64,000 nt of DNA from Ascidiella aspersa (GCA_963924565.1 OZ004607.1:34100001-34164000); one strand, 5' to 3'; numbered from the stretch's first letter, positions 27,401-40,181 are shown. Numbers and translations: made by a program. Notes: generated by a model from the letters alone, not told the origin.

Positions 27401-30400
27401 CAATTTTAACTTTCTTCAGATAAGCTGTTTTTTTTAGAAGACGTTGTTGCAATATTCAAGCCCATATAGAATTAGGTAACATTTTGCACATTTGAAATAT
27501 ATCTTTATTCAATATCTCTCAAAATGTTACCTACTTCCATGGGTTTTCATTTTGCTACTACGTCTTCTACAACACTTTATCAGAAGAAAGTTAAAATAAA
27601 AATAGTTTAGAGGCAAAGAAGCACAACTAACAGATGTAATTAAAAAATGTCTACTACTTATATATATTGGCTTTAAAAGTCGTGTGGTTTGTCTACCTAA
27701 AACTTCCCACCATTATTTTCCAAGGTTTTAGAAGCAATTGATCAAAAATGTTCTACGAAAAAGAGCAATGCTGATTCGGTCTACAAAACAACTTACATAC
27801 CGGTCGAAGTATTTTGTTTTCGAAATTTATTCCTGATTGGAAACCTTGTTTGCGGTGTGCATAAACGCCAAAACGTCAGTAAAGTTTCACGGAAAAATAG
27901 TTGTCTTTCGGTGGTTTTGTTTGCTTTTGCAAAACAATTCCGGGAAGCAGAATTTACACGAAAGCGTCGAAATTTTCCCCGATGTCGCAAATCAGATAAG
28001 TCGGTCGCATATCTGCTAATGGAGGGTAAATATGAAAATCGCAGGCGCAATTGACGATCATTTTGCATTAGCTTTAAGATGTCGCAACAGATTTCGCAAA
28101 GTAATTGATTTGGCCTTATTGGGCTTTTAAAAGCGGGATTCGATTTTACAGTAGAGATTTTTATCAATTTTTGGACCGTGAGTTAGCAAAAAATATAATT
28201 ACATCGATGGCTATTGTGGTAGAGTGTCCTCGTTGCTTTGTCATTTGCAGATAAGGTTTGAATTTCCATCAGTGGTTCCTAAAATACAGGAAGCAATCAG
28301 TCGGTTTTTCCCGCGTACCTGACCTTTGTGATCTCGTTTTTATTCCATCTTATACGTTTCGCATATAAGGCTGACGTTAAGTGAAATTCCGAGGAATTCA
28401 AATCATACTATAACCCGCCTAAACCCACACGTCTGCCATTTTGTGCGAATGTCCATCACTTGGTGTACAGCAGCCTGACAGCAGCGCACACCCCTGGATT
28501 TTGTCACGCACGCATAAACAAGCCCTCCGACCGCACATCTAGCATCAACGATGGCCCGGTGTGATTCCACGTCAGCCAAATCTCAAATAAACAGCGACGC
28601 GCCGATACGGGGCTTAATGCACGCGAATTGAGCGGCCACGAAGCCCCAACTATCACCTGCCTTTTATATCTTGTCCCTTGATCGCTTAGCGGCTTCATAA
28701 TTACCCGTCGGATCCCTTCGCAATCTCCACTCTATGGTCAATTGGGACCTGTGGTACGTGCTGTGCATTAGAGGCGCGATCTTGTTGTTTGGCCATAAAA
28801 TTCTGGCCAGCACCTTTTTGCCAGGGCCCGTTTTGGGTTGTTGGCCTGATTTTTTGGTTCACTTTTATAAACCTGAATGTTGCGATTTCGTTTAACGTTC
28901 TGCAGTTTGCATGCAATCCTATTTTTAAGTGGATTCAGGTGTTTTCTAATCGTTTTAGTACAGCGTATAGTGCTATTGGCCTTCAGGCTGTATTGATATG
29001 CAAATCGTGTATTTTTCTTTTCATGGTTTCTTGGCGAAATTAGAAGTGTGAATTTAAAAATATAGAGCACAAATGCCAGAAATGTGATGATCATTTGCCT
29101 CGATCATGGGTTGTTTTTTAAATGAGAAAGCGTGACTGTCAACGCAACATGTGCCTGATGTTCTACCTCGCTGTTGTTCCTTAAAAATGTTTCTTCCCAA
29201 TCGTTCGATCCTCAATCTTGTGTGCTGTCCTGTAGCGCAAAACCTTTCTCTATTTTCAGTCCGTCTTGTTGCCATTGTACAGGTATGTTCTGTTGTTAGA
29301 TATTTTAAAGTGGAATTCAAGTTTTTGCGTTAAAAATACATATGAATGAATTTTATAGTAAGTTACGGGTTTCTGAGTTTTGAGATTCCATGTAATTATG
29401 CTCTGGTGTTGAAACCAGTTAATTGTTCAATTTGTTTTGTTAAAAAATAATTCAAACTATTATTAGGCCGTATAATTCGTTAATGTGGACTTAGGTTTTT
29501 CATATTGTTGCAACCTTTTGCGTTAACCAGTTGTCAAAATCTGTTCCAACGTCTATTTTTGTGAAGCATTCTGTGCATGTCGCGTACAGTTTTGGTATCG
29601 AGTTTCTTTATTTTTGTTTAGTTTAGAGTTCATTTAAACATGCTCGACTTGGCTGAGTAACATATCTAGTATATTCCACCGAGATATTAGACATAAAAAA
29701 AGATTTCTATCACTCCCAGCTGCTATAACTTGCATGTAAGGATGTCTGATAATAATGGTTCAGAGTCGATACTTGGGTGGTATCGCCGTCGATCCACTAC
29801 GAAATAAGTACAGTAATTCCATATCCAACGATGTGATTTCAATCTTAAAAATTAATTTATCCAACAACTCAAGATAACGAAACCTCTTAAACAAAAAAAC
29901 AAACAAATATTTCTTTAAAAACCTGGAAAACGTTCTCAATGTTTTAATTTGATTATTTGGTCATGGCATTTTCGTCATTTATCCGGAAGGATCGTCATAC
30001 TTCACGTCCATCGCAATAAAATGTATCGGACACTAAGAACTGTCAAAGTATCGGACATGTAAAAATGTCGATAAACATTTTACAGTGGACTACTTCTTTT
30101 TTACTTTTTTTTACTTCTTTTTTGTATTGCCGTTCTACAAAGCCCCTTGTCAAATAGCCTTTGGCTAACTTGTTAAATTATAATTGTGCTCGTTGGCAAA
30201 ATGTATCCGTTAAGAAAAACGTCAAAAAAAATTTAATTGTTCTCGTTGACAAAACGTATTGAAGCCCTAGCGTTAAAGACTTTTGTCTTGATGAAACCGT
30301 GTTCCTTTGACCTCTATGTGTTTCCAAGTCCCAGCCAAACGCGCCCGCATCTCGCTGAGTTTAATTTGCGGCTCGTCGTCGGCAATTTGTTGACGGCAAT

Positions 30401-31635
30401 CTCATCTCGGCGCCGCACGCAAGCCAACTTAGCCGGGATAAGCGACGTATGTGCGGGCAACCGTAGCCCTGCCCTGCTCTCTCGTTAGTCGCAAAATCGG
30501 CCAGAATCGCATCGCCAAATCACACTCGGCATTCCGCGAGTCAAAATGGGTGCGCCCAAACGGAATAGCTGGAATGCTGCAAATTTGCTAGTCAAGGCTC
30601 TTTTTGTATTTTTTTTTTCAGGTTCTTTTTTTTGCCGGTGGCTGCTCAGCCAGGTTAGTGAATTTGTGAGTATGTTTTAGCAAATTACACTCAGCATTGT
30701 CTTGTCCACGAGCAAACTGTAAATAAATTGTTTGTGTATTTTCAGATTTTACTTTAAAAATCGGCTTTTATCCAGAAACAAGGCTGTGCGAAATTTCGAA
30801 TCGTAATCACATCGCAAAATCAAAGTCGGGATTGTTTTCTGGGACTATAGTTTCCATTGGCAAACAGGATAGTCGGAATGTTTGAAACTTTTGTGGCTTT
30901 CAGCAAGTTTGTTTTGCACCAGGAATTGGTAAACAGTGCTGCCCGAAATTTCGAAACCTATCGGTCTTTCCTTTAAATGGTGAATTGAAGTTTTCTTTTG
31001 AATGGCGTATAATGTTTTTGAGTTACTTTTTGGATGCATATACGATACTGTGGTTTCCACATTTGCTACTTGTATTTCCACCTTTTGCATTGTATGCAAA
31101 CGATGACTAAATACAGTAAGAATCCGTGCTATAAAACCAACTTGTTTCGCCCAAAAAGTCCCAACCATGTGTACCCTCTTTGCAGGTTACACACATAAAC
31201 AAAAAACAATTCAGTTATGGTTTGCAGTTCAACGGAACAATTTCTACCTTGTAAGATGAATAAAAAAAAACAGTATAGGTTCACAATTTCAGGTAACTCA
31301 ACTTATGAACGATAAAGTAAATTTCGGCATAGTGAACTGCAAAAATTAGCTTCGAACATTTCAATTCCATGTATTTTGCCTGTTTGAGCACTATATTGAC
31401 GTCATTTGGTATCCGGTCGCGATACACTTGGTTCAAAAAATTTCCGATATCGGTATCGGAGTAAATATCAAGTATCTGTCATCCCTTTACCCACAATGTA
31501 TATACGCCACTGTGGGGTAAACGGCATTTTTTGTCTTTTTTGTAGGTTCCGTTCCTGATCCAGTGCGGTTCGGAAGAGATCCTCAAGGAGATCCATTCGG
31601 CCACTGTTTGCGCGTGCGGTCCGTGCAGCGATTAG
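2296..31635 (+). CDS. GPA2: Glycoprotein hormone alpha-2 (thyrostimulin alpha subunit), 117 aa; coding exons 2296-2380, 3954-4132, 31546-31635
   Basis: Spliced translation MKVFLLISLALFSSVVSGKREVGQCGLQ/GFSRRVEIEGCEVVEIEINACRGCCESRSFPSDRDTVGKSGKKHNITARSSCCVMVKSEP/VPFLIQCGSEEILKEIHSATVCACGPCSD*. It has a signal peptide, cystine-knot CxGxC and CxCxxC motifs, and GPA2-typical CESxxFPS, HNIT (N-glycosylation) and CC. Introns are GT-AG with compatible phases (1, 0). Confidence 0.9.
3354..3404. repeat. (TA)n microsatellite
   Basis: About 25 TA units. Confidence 0.95.
7692..7858. promoter_or_regulatory. Homotypic cluster of PAR-bZIP/D-box-like motifs in GPA2 intron 2
   Basis: GTTGCGTAAC (7692, 7714), TTTACGTAAC (7738, 7782), GTTACGTAAC (7802) and CTTACATAAT (7849) within 170 bp. 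Confidence 0.5.
8922..8949. repeat. (AAC)n microsatellite
   Basis: About 9 AAC units. Confidence 0.9.
16818..17209 (+). repeat. Minisatellite, ~15/30-bp units (ATCGGGCAACAA core)
   Basis: Repeated ATCGGGCAACAA and TGCAACAAAAT units; this array explains the overlapping ORFs at 16650-17259. Confidence 0.85.
21358..21740 (+). repeat. Two adjacent copies of a dispersed repeat (MITE-like); third, inverted copy at ~36300-36480
   Basis: Shared CACACACATATGTGTG...CTAGC..TTCTGAAGCTG...AACGATTACG...ACAGACT blocks. Confidence 0.6.
22600..22860. repeat. Dispersed palindromic repeat family (also ~5570-5670, ~13510-13690, ~27450-27570)
   Basis: Shared AAGCCCATRTAGA...TTACCTAC...ACTACGTC...AACCTCC.ACCATTATG blocks. 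Confidence 0.5.
25290..25869 (-). mobile_element. Second copy of the AAGTC-repeat MITE (inverted), carrying a nested hairpin element
   Basis: GACTT arrays; the reverse complement of its right end aligns with positions 31-90. Confidence 0.65.
25455..25567. mobile_element. Small foldback MITE nested in the AAGTC MITE
   Basis: ~40-bp near-perfect inverted repeats AGTAGAAAGAGAGTGGCCCAAATAATAGAT... / ...ATCTATTATTTGGGCCACTCTCTTTCTACT. Confidence 0.6.
28208..28276 (+). mobile_element. Possible decayed tRNA-derived SINE head
   Basis: TGGCTATTGTGGTAGAG (A box-like) followed by GGTTTGAATTTCC (B box-like). Confidence 0.3.
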
Positions 31636-31770
31636 TACGACGCCATCTTGGAGCCCTTTCCACGCTTGTCTTGCTGATCCATGTGCTGGACCCAATCGCT
31701 CAGCACCCAAAAAAGTTTGGGGCCTTTTCCGTTTTGATACGCAGAATGTAACGCAAAAAATAAAAATAAA

Positions 31771-31931
31771 AAGGTACGGTCTACAAACAACGCAACGCAC
31801 ATAGCGTTTGGGTTTGGGTGGGTCAGGCATTATTATTACCATTAAATATAATATTACTTGATCCACCCACACCCAAATGCTAAACCTAACCCAGATATTT
31901 TGCGTAAATCATAATTTGTAGACGGTACCTT
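31771..31931. mobile_element. Palindromic MITE just 3' of GPA2
   Basis: Inverted ends AGGTACGGTCTACAAA / TTTGTAGACGGTACCT. The internal GGGTGGGTCA...TATTATTA...ACTTGATCCACCC core is shared with copies at ~45785-45975, ~61505-61590 and ~62030-62060. Confidence 0.6.
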
Positions 31932-34900
31932 TTTGTATTTTGTTGTTTTTTTTACGTACCAATTTGAAAGGGCCCCTCAAGTTCGACGTACATGCATTTC
32001 TAAACCTTGTTAATCTAAACCTTGTTAATCAAAGCACTTTTGGTGGCCAAGGACAGGTTTCTAGCCTAAAAAATAAACGCTCAACTACAGAAAACCTAAC
32101 TTAGTGTTTGTCAACGTTTTTTCGTTGCAACCCAAATAATAAGCTTAAATTTAACTGCATTGAACTTTTAACAGATGAACAAAACACAAGACAGTTGTAT
32201 AAATATGGTCAAATTTCATTATTATTAGACATGTCTTCGCATTTGTCAAACAGCTTTCTCAAATTTGAAGAAATATCGCTTAAAACCAATCTCAATAGAT
32301 CTAATCATTTTGGGGCGCGGCCCCTATGTTGAGAAACACTAACCTAACTTAAACATGTAGTACATTTTATATTGTAAAGCGGTATTCGTTATAAGCCCGC
32401 CCCAGCAGAAGTTTTTACTTTTTTCCGCCAAATACAAATGAGCACATATATAATCCCATTTTCGTGGCGATTGGAGCCGGTGCATGGTTCAACAAGGCAG
32501 ACCTTACATTTCTCACGTCCTTTTTGCCGCATTTTCTACAAGTCAACTTCGCATTTTTGCGTATGCCGTGTTTGCAGCTGCTTCACAGAATCATACCACA
32601 AAGCTCTGAGCTTAACGGCTGTGAATATTTTCCTTCCTTGGTATTTTTTGTCGCTTTTCAGTTCAGCTTTTTCACAATCTCTTACGATACACAGGTTTAG
32701 GATTTTGTCTTGTATTACCTAACACAATTTAGATACATGGGCGTATGTGCGCTTTCGCACCTTGAAAGTCTCAAAAAAATTGTTTTTAAGTATAAATAAA
32801 CTGTTTAACTACAATTGAAAGAATTTGAAAAATATTTTTTTTAACTTGCACGAAAATTTTATTTATTTTAGTCTTTTTTTATCTTCTTTTTACCTGACAC
32901 TATAATCGTATTTTGTTGACTCCATCACAAATAATTTCATCGCTTTTGATTTTGCATTTCCCTTTTGTCATAGCATGGAGTAGGCTACGTAAATTTCGCA
33001 TGCAAAGCGCGAAAAACTTACCTCAACCTCAATTAAAATTAAAACTGGACTTTTCAAAAATGAAACTAGTTTCGCGGCATTTCGTGTTACGTCATCACGT
33101 TCCGGCAAAAATTCGACGCAACGCCGCAAGATTTTGCCGGCGCAAAAAAATAAGCAGAAATGCGCGACCGAGCAAACCGTGAAATTTAAGCCCATCGTTA
33201 AACACGAAATGTTGGCAAGCGACCTTTGCTGTGACAGACAAGAGGTTTATTTACGTATCGGCCAAGATTTTCATTAAGTTTTCGTACTCTTTACGCTTTT
33301 AGCCTGTCCCATGTGTTCCACGCCTCTTTCACTTTCTCTGCTGGTGTCTCGTCTTGTATGCCTTTGTTTATTTATCTCCAATGTCCGTCAACCTTTTTCG
33401 ACCGGCCTTTAGTTTTTGTCTTGCTTTTCGTTTGTGCAAAGACGCGAAAATACACTTGCAAGCGGCTCATCGAAAATAGTGTCTATTTGTTGTTGTTTGG
33501 TTTAAATAGGGGGGTAGGGCAAACTTTTGAGCTTCGCGGACCGAGTCACAAATTTACGAGTTTGAAGAGCCGCATAAAATAGGGGAAATTTGTTAAACAG
33601 TTTTAATTTTGTTTTTGTAACGACACGTGAGATTGAGTTCTGAAGGCCACGACAGAAATTAAAAAAAAATTGTGGCATTAAGTAATATAGATTTTGATAT
33701 GGTTTGATTTTTTGAAGCAGCATCACTCAAATATTACTTTACGTGGTAAACTAGTTCAACTCGGGGTTCTACAAAAAAACATGACCGATTGGCCGAAGTG
33801 TAATACATTAATAAACGAAACATAGTATAAATAATCTTTATTGGTAGACTGATTGTATAATTCTAAATCTGGAAATCATTGGGCACTCTTAACGACAAAT
33901 TAGGTTAAAATGTTGTCATGCTTTTACACAAGTGTGCTTCATGTGCAATGTAGAAAATTTTAATATTCAGGCCAAACTAGAAATTTAAATATAAGGTGCA
34001 ACGTTATCCTCTGTATCTATATATTTTTTAAATATTAATCTTTAAATAAAAGAGTCACAAAAAACATGTCAAATAATCGCCCTCTGTCCGCGGTTGGACT
34101 ACGGTCAGCGTAAACATATGTCAGGGTTTATGGGCACTAGGTAAAACACAATAAACAGGACACTGCGTCGTTTTTCGTGTAAATAAACCCCATGACAAAC
34201 GCCGGCCGAAATGTTTACAAAACATAACTTTCATTTGGTATATTACTGCTACATGTCATCGGCTATTTATAGCAGGGAATTTTGGTAAAAGAGACTGTTT
34301 CGTTGTTTTACAATTGCGTCATATAACTTTGACAATGCCAATCACTTTTGGGGAACTGAAATTACACGGAATATATTGTGACACCACCTTTGTCACTTTA
34401 AAATCAAGGTGTGGTATCAGCAGTAATATACTTTCATGGTTAACGTCTCTTATAAAACAAAATAATAAACTTTTATTGAAAGCCTAAACCCACACGGTTG
34501 TCTTCTCACGATACAGTATTGACACATTATATGTTCATATCGTTGGTTTTATCAACAACAACCGTGACATAGCATAGATACAGCCTTACGTAAGAGCCTA
34601 TTCGGATATGAGATTCTCAATCTTTAAAAGAATACCAACCCTTGTAAGCAAGCAAAACCTATAGTAATTTTGCGCATAAATTATCAATACGGATGCAGCA
34701 ACGCTAAACCACTGGGTAAATTGTCAGATTTATCTTCAAAGATTGCATTGTAGGGTATAGGTTGAGGCCAATTACAGCCTTATCTCGTCAACTCCGGATA
34801 TTGGCGGCATTTTTGGTCCGAACCAATCAAGCGATTTCTTGGTGGCAGCGTCGCGAAGAACAAACAAAGTCCCTCTACTAATCTTTCGTGGCGATATTAT

Positions 34901-35156
34901 CGATCTTAGGTATAAAGCCCTCCTTGTTTAAACGAGTTTGATATTGGAGCCTGAGTTTATAGCTAATAAGACGATAGGTAATTTAGGTGCGTTGGCTTTG
35001 GAATAACATTAAAATAATTATTTTAAGGTAGACTAAGCGAAAAGATCTGTTTTTTCTTGTTTTTACAACAAATGTCTCGCTACAATATTTCAGGTAATGT
35101 TTAAAAAATAAGAGAAATATTTGGGTACACCATGCACGGATCTGTAATGTAGCTTG

Positions 35157-35312
35157 ATAATGAATGGCAAAACCAAAAAGGTCGAGTAGATCGACATCAT
35201 CTCGATACGAGCTTGTATTATCTTCAGTTAATGTGTAATACAAGCTCCTATCGAAACGTCTTAATCAAGATGATGTCGATCTACTCGACCTTTTGGCTTT
35301 GCAATTCATTAT
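35157..35312. repeat. ~155-bp foldback inverted repeat
   Basis: Arms AAAAGGTCGAGTAGATCGACATCATCT...GAGCTTGTATTA / TAATACAAGCTC...AGATGATGTCGATCTACTCGACCTTTT. Confidence 0.8.
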
Positions 35313-37164
35313 TAAGAAAAATATTGTTTAGAGAACAATTTTTTATACCAAAAACACAATTCTCATGCAAAGGTAATGTAAACGAAACTATTTATTACAG
35401 GTAATGTAAACGAAATATTGCAAAGAGACTAAATTTCCACGCCAATCACACATTTATCATGTATATAGCTTGCACGATTAGGCTGCATACCCTCTCCAGC
35501 CAAACTATCATATCAACAAACTCTAAACAATCAGTTAATACATTTTTGGGAGAAATTCAAAATTTTAGGGTTGCACCGCTGATCGTGTCAATTATATCCC
35601 AAAGAAGTAAACGGCCACATCCGATGATAAACATGCCAAGACCGGTTATATCCCAATCGTACAACTTACAACGTACCAAAACGCGGCATATTTACAAGGG
35701 AAAGTTAACTCTCCGTAAAATCGCAACATCGCTCGGCACTCAATAAATGCGATTTTACAAACGAAAGCGGCGAAACGCGGCTTTTTTCGCCCGCATTAGG
35801 TCATGAGTTTTCCCAAAACGTGACCGGCGAACTTGATAGATGTGCTGCCAAACTTGACAGTTGGCTCTTGTGCTGTTCTAAATTTGGACGCGCCGGGTAC
35901 GAATCGGTAACGGCGGCGGCCCAAAGTAGCCTTTCGCAGTTGCAAAGGTCAGACAATTTCGAGCGGAATTGTTAACGATTTGTATGTGTGCGCCGAATTT
36001 GACCGATTTCCAGAAGACGATAAGAACTACAGAACAGCCAGCAATTTAACGACGTGAAGTAACGTTAGCCAAATCCGTGACCTAGTCTCTATACAGTCGT
36101 GCAGTATAATTGCAATAACATTGCACCCTGAAGATGGGCGTTGCTTTCAACATGTACACAAACACGGTTTTCTGCGTGCTTTTTTGCCCGCACAGTTTGC
36201 TATTCCAGTTGCGTTTAAATGGAAAGTTTCTTTCATAAAGTAGCGCAATAGAGGTGCGTATGTAGAATTGCAGAGCACTGTTTATAAACATAAACGCAAT
36301 CAATAGTTTGTTTTTTCTATAGCCTGCCCTGCTTGCATCATTGATCGACAGATTCGGTGAGTCTGCAATGGCTTTCGGTGTACTAATTATACGTAAGCCG
36401 TAATCGTTGGTCAAAACGCAGCTTCAGAAGCGCTAGATCACAGTTATTAACACATATATGTGAGTGTACCTTTCACAGAATAAACTCAATCAATTCACGT
36501 TATGTTTTGTTAAATAAAGTGAAAGCAACAAGATAATATCTCGTTTCATTGGCAGGCACCTTGTGTTTCTCGAGTCTCAGTCATCACGATAAAGTTGCCC
36601 ATACCCAACAGGCAACTATGATTTCAATATAATCCTTACTCCCTGAACATGCTACTCACAGACGATTTTGCCATAGTTGTGAGTTCAAATCGCATCCCCG
36701 CCTAGTTGTTTTATGTAATTTGACTAAGTTTTGCACAAAATATGAAAATCAAAATGCTTTGGGTAATTTTTGTTTTATATTTATTGATATATTACTGACA
36801 TTATGTTTGTTAGGCACAATGCATAAACAGCGTGATTCATGTTCCTTCGTGTACCCAGTCGATAGCTGGGAAAAATAAGTGAATTTATGAACAAATTAAA
36901 GTGGTAGACTTGTTTTAAAAAAAGCTGTATTTTTTCAATCTTTAGTCGGAATTTTACCAAAAGTTAACTCATTTTTTTAAAAGTAAGTTCGTAATACTGC
37001 CATTTTCCCATATACTTGCGACTTTTCAAAATCTTTGACGGCTGGTTTGTCTTTTCCCCGGAATTTGCGAATCGGTAAAACAATGTGCACTTCCAACAAT
37101 CAGCAAAGTTTCCTATTCAATCAACTCACCGCGGAAGCGCTTTTAGCGACCGGCAACGTTTGGT

Positions 37165-37750
37165 GGCAGTCCTTCAACCAGCATCAACAGATTCAGCAGT
37201 TCCAAACATCTGCTGTTTTTTCGGTTTCAGGCACAACCAGCTTATCTGTCTACACCGGTAGCATTACAACAGGAGTGATGACCGGTTTTGCAAGCGTAAA
37301 GAAAATCGCGCCTAATTGCTTTTCGACACCAATTTAGGTCACTCAGGATGCGCCGCGGTGGGGTTAACCTGCCCCAATTGGGTTAACGCCGCACCCCGTT
37401 ATGTTCAAACATAACTTTCTTTTCGTCGATTACCGCTTCATGTCATCGGGCTATTTATAGCAGGGAATTTGGGTAGAAAAATTGTTTCGTTGTTTAATAA
37501 TTGCGTCATATAATTTGGTAGTCCTTCAACCAGCATCAACAGATTCATCAGTTCCAAACACCAGTTGTTTTTCCGGTTTCAGATGCAAAGAGCTTATCTG
37601 TCTACACCGGTAGCATTACAGCAGGGGAGAGATGGCCGGTTTTGCAAGCGTAAAGAAAATCGCGCCTAATTGCTTTTCGACACCAATTTAGGTCACCCAG
37701 GATGCGCCGCGGTGGGGTTAACCGACCCCAGTTGGGGTTAACGCCGTTCC
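37165..37750 (+). repeat. Direct duplication of ~230 bp (37165-37395 and 37519-37750) flanking a ~110-bp segment also found at ~34221-34331
   Basis: Near-identical GTCCTTCAACCAGCATCAACAGATTCA...GCGCCGCGGTGGGGTTAACC blocks. Confidence 0.85.
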
Positions 37751-38591
37751 CCCGCTGTGATTCACCCATGTGAGGGAATCGCGCGCGCATATCTCAGTTG
37801 CACGTGACCGGTTTTCCACGTCCTGTTTTTCGTCGCAAAATATTTTTGTTTTTTCGGCAACGTAAGTTTCGAGTGATCGTTTAAGAGGGAGACCTTCCGA
37901 GTCGATCTGTTGGGGTCATTTTGAAAGAAATTTTGCTTATTTTAGTAATCTGCTCGTGTTATGGTTTGCGGTCGATTTTTTTGCACTTTATTCTTGAAAT
38001 CTTGCTTCGCGGGTTCTAAGGCCATATGCGGTAAGTTTTTTAAACCGGTTTTATTTCCTAGAAATTGCGTATAGTTATTTTCGGACGTTCGTCCGAGTAA
38101 AACGACATACGGCGGTATTTTTCATGAGTCGCCCCATTTCCATCACTCACGGCAAAAATATTCGGTTAAAAATTTTGATGGTTAACATAGTTTTTTGCTG
38201 ATTCTTGGTGGGAGTGTCTTAGCTTTAGTGTGGAGAATATTGTCGTGTTGCCTAATATGTCTACAATGTTGTGAATAACTTTGTCTGCGGGTTTATAATT
38301 GTAACCAAAAATCGAAAAGGTCATATTATACATGATTCGGCATTTTAGTGAGAATGGAACTCAAAAGTCTAGGACTTTTTACGGCATCATAAATCACATA
38401 TGAGAATGCTAATGGTGTACGCGAAATGTGCAGAGATACCTTTTTTTTAATTTCCAATAATATTTTTATATCGATCTCCTTCGGTAAAAAGTTGCAATTA
38501 TATAATCACAGAATTGTTAACACAATATTTTGTCGGGCAAGTTTCATTTTAATGTAAATATATTTGCACTCAATTAAAGAATACGATAGAC

Positions 38592-39097
38592 CAGTGGTTC
38601 TCAACCGGGGGTCCACAAAACGTTTTTAAGGGGTCCTAAAAAACTTTTAAATTAAATTAATTAAAGCTGGGATATGTGCTTAATCACGTTCTTGGTAAGT
38701 GATAAAATCACATTGTAACATGTTGTAAATCGTATTCAGTATGACGTAACACTTCGATTGTGATCTAACACAAATAGATTGTAAAGTGAACGGCAGCATT
38801 ACAAGAGTTCACATGTACTGGACCTAGGTTTAACTTTATGCTATCGTTCGCAAAGATGAACACAACCACGCATTTCAAGACTTGCTTCGTAGATGCAGCA
38901 GCAAATAAAATAAACGTGTCATAATAAAGCAATCTGGTGTTTTCTGTTTCTTCACTCAACATACGGTGCCCTACGCGGATATACTGAACTATTAAAAAGA
39001 ATTAAACGCACATATTACACCAGAAAATGTAAGGGGTCCGCGACTATTTGATGACATTAAAAAGGGATCACGGGTACAGAAAGGTTGAGAACCACTG
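38592..39097 (+). mobile_element. hAT (Charlie-like) MITE, 506 bp
   Basis: Perfect 15-bp TIRs CAGTGGTTCTCAACC / GGTTGAGAACCACTG and a perfect 8-bp target-site duplication CGATAGAC (38584-38591, 39098-39105). Confidence 0.9.
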
Positions 39098-40181
39098 CGA
39101 TAGACTATTTCGCAATCTGTGTGTTCATAGTGAAATCTACCGAATGGTTTGACATTTTTTTAACTTCGCAATCGCATGAAACTGAACAATTGCAAAAAAC
39201 TCACTACAGGTTTTGTTAATTTCGTTATTATGTTAACCTAACGTGTAAATGTTGACAAAATTTAAGTCAAAAAATAATCGCCCATAGTTATAAGCTATAA
39301 TGTTTGGTACCCAAAGTATTGTGTTTTGATAAATATGCTACCGTTAAAGCATTGTTCATTCTTTGGAACAATTGTGAACATTTATAAGAAAGGTTTTAGC
39401 TTTACTGGAAACGTCCTTACGGCACCTTTTCCTTAACGATATAACATAGGTTTTTTAACGTGGCATTATTTACGATTTTCGGTATTAAGATATCTCCTAA
39501 TGAATTAGTTAAATAAATGTATAGTCCCTAAAGTTTTTTTTTTTCTTCTATCTTTTTCCGTCACAACTCTTTAAAATAAACGGACATTGAAAAGTTTATG
39601 TGGGCGTTTTTTTATTAAACAAAGCGGAACGTAGAGAAATCACAGCAGGACGAATCACTTTGAAGACGTGTGCAAAAAAAAGAACAAAAACAAGAAAAAC
39701 CAGAAATGGCGACACGAAGGTTCGCAAACGCAAACCGAAGGGGGCGAAAAAGTTTGTGAAAAAACGCCTCAAAAATGATTCTTTGGCGCTGCGAAAGCGC
39801 CGCAAAATTAATTTGGTGCGTCTTTGATGAGAAGCAAAAGTTCAATCGAAAGTTTTGCCGCTTTTTGGGTGATGTAAGACCTCCCCAGGATCGCGTCTGC
39901 TTGCATAGTAGGCGGAAACGACCGCCTTCAACTGTCCGTGGTGTTTCAGAAGTGCGGCCCACAACCAACCACCACCACCATCATCATCAGAACACAGGCA
40001 TTTCTTCTGACCTCGTGTCGCCGTCGGTAAAAACAAACGAAAACGCACAGCGCGGTGCCTTTTCAGGGAATGTGCAAAATAACGTAAAACATGAAACAGT
40101 GGTTCGCTGGGCGACGGATGGGCTTTGCCGGGCGGCAAAACGCTATTTGTCCTTTGGTTTTCAGGGCTCTTTTCTCTTGCT

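Noticed and set aside
37514-37534. TTTGGTAGTCCTTCAACCAGC resembles miR-133
   Set aside because: The seed is disrupted, there is no complementary 5p arm, and the match arises at the junction of two local repeats.
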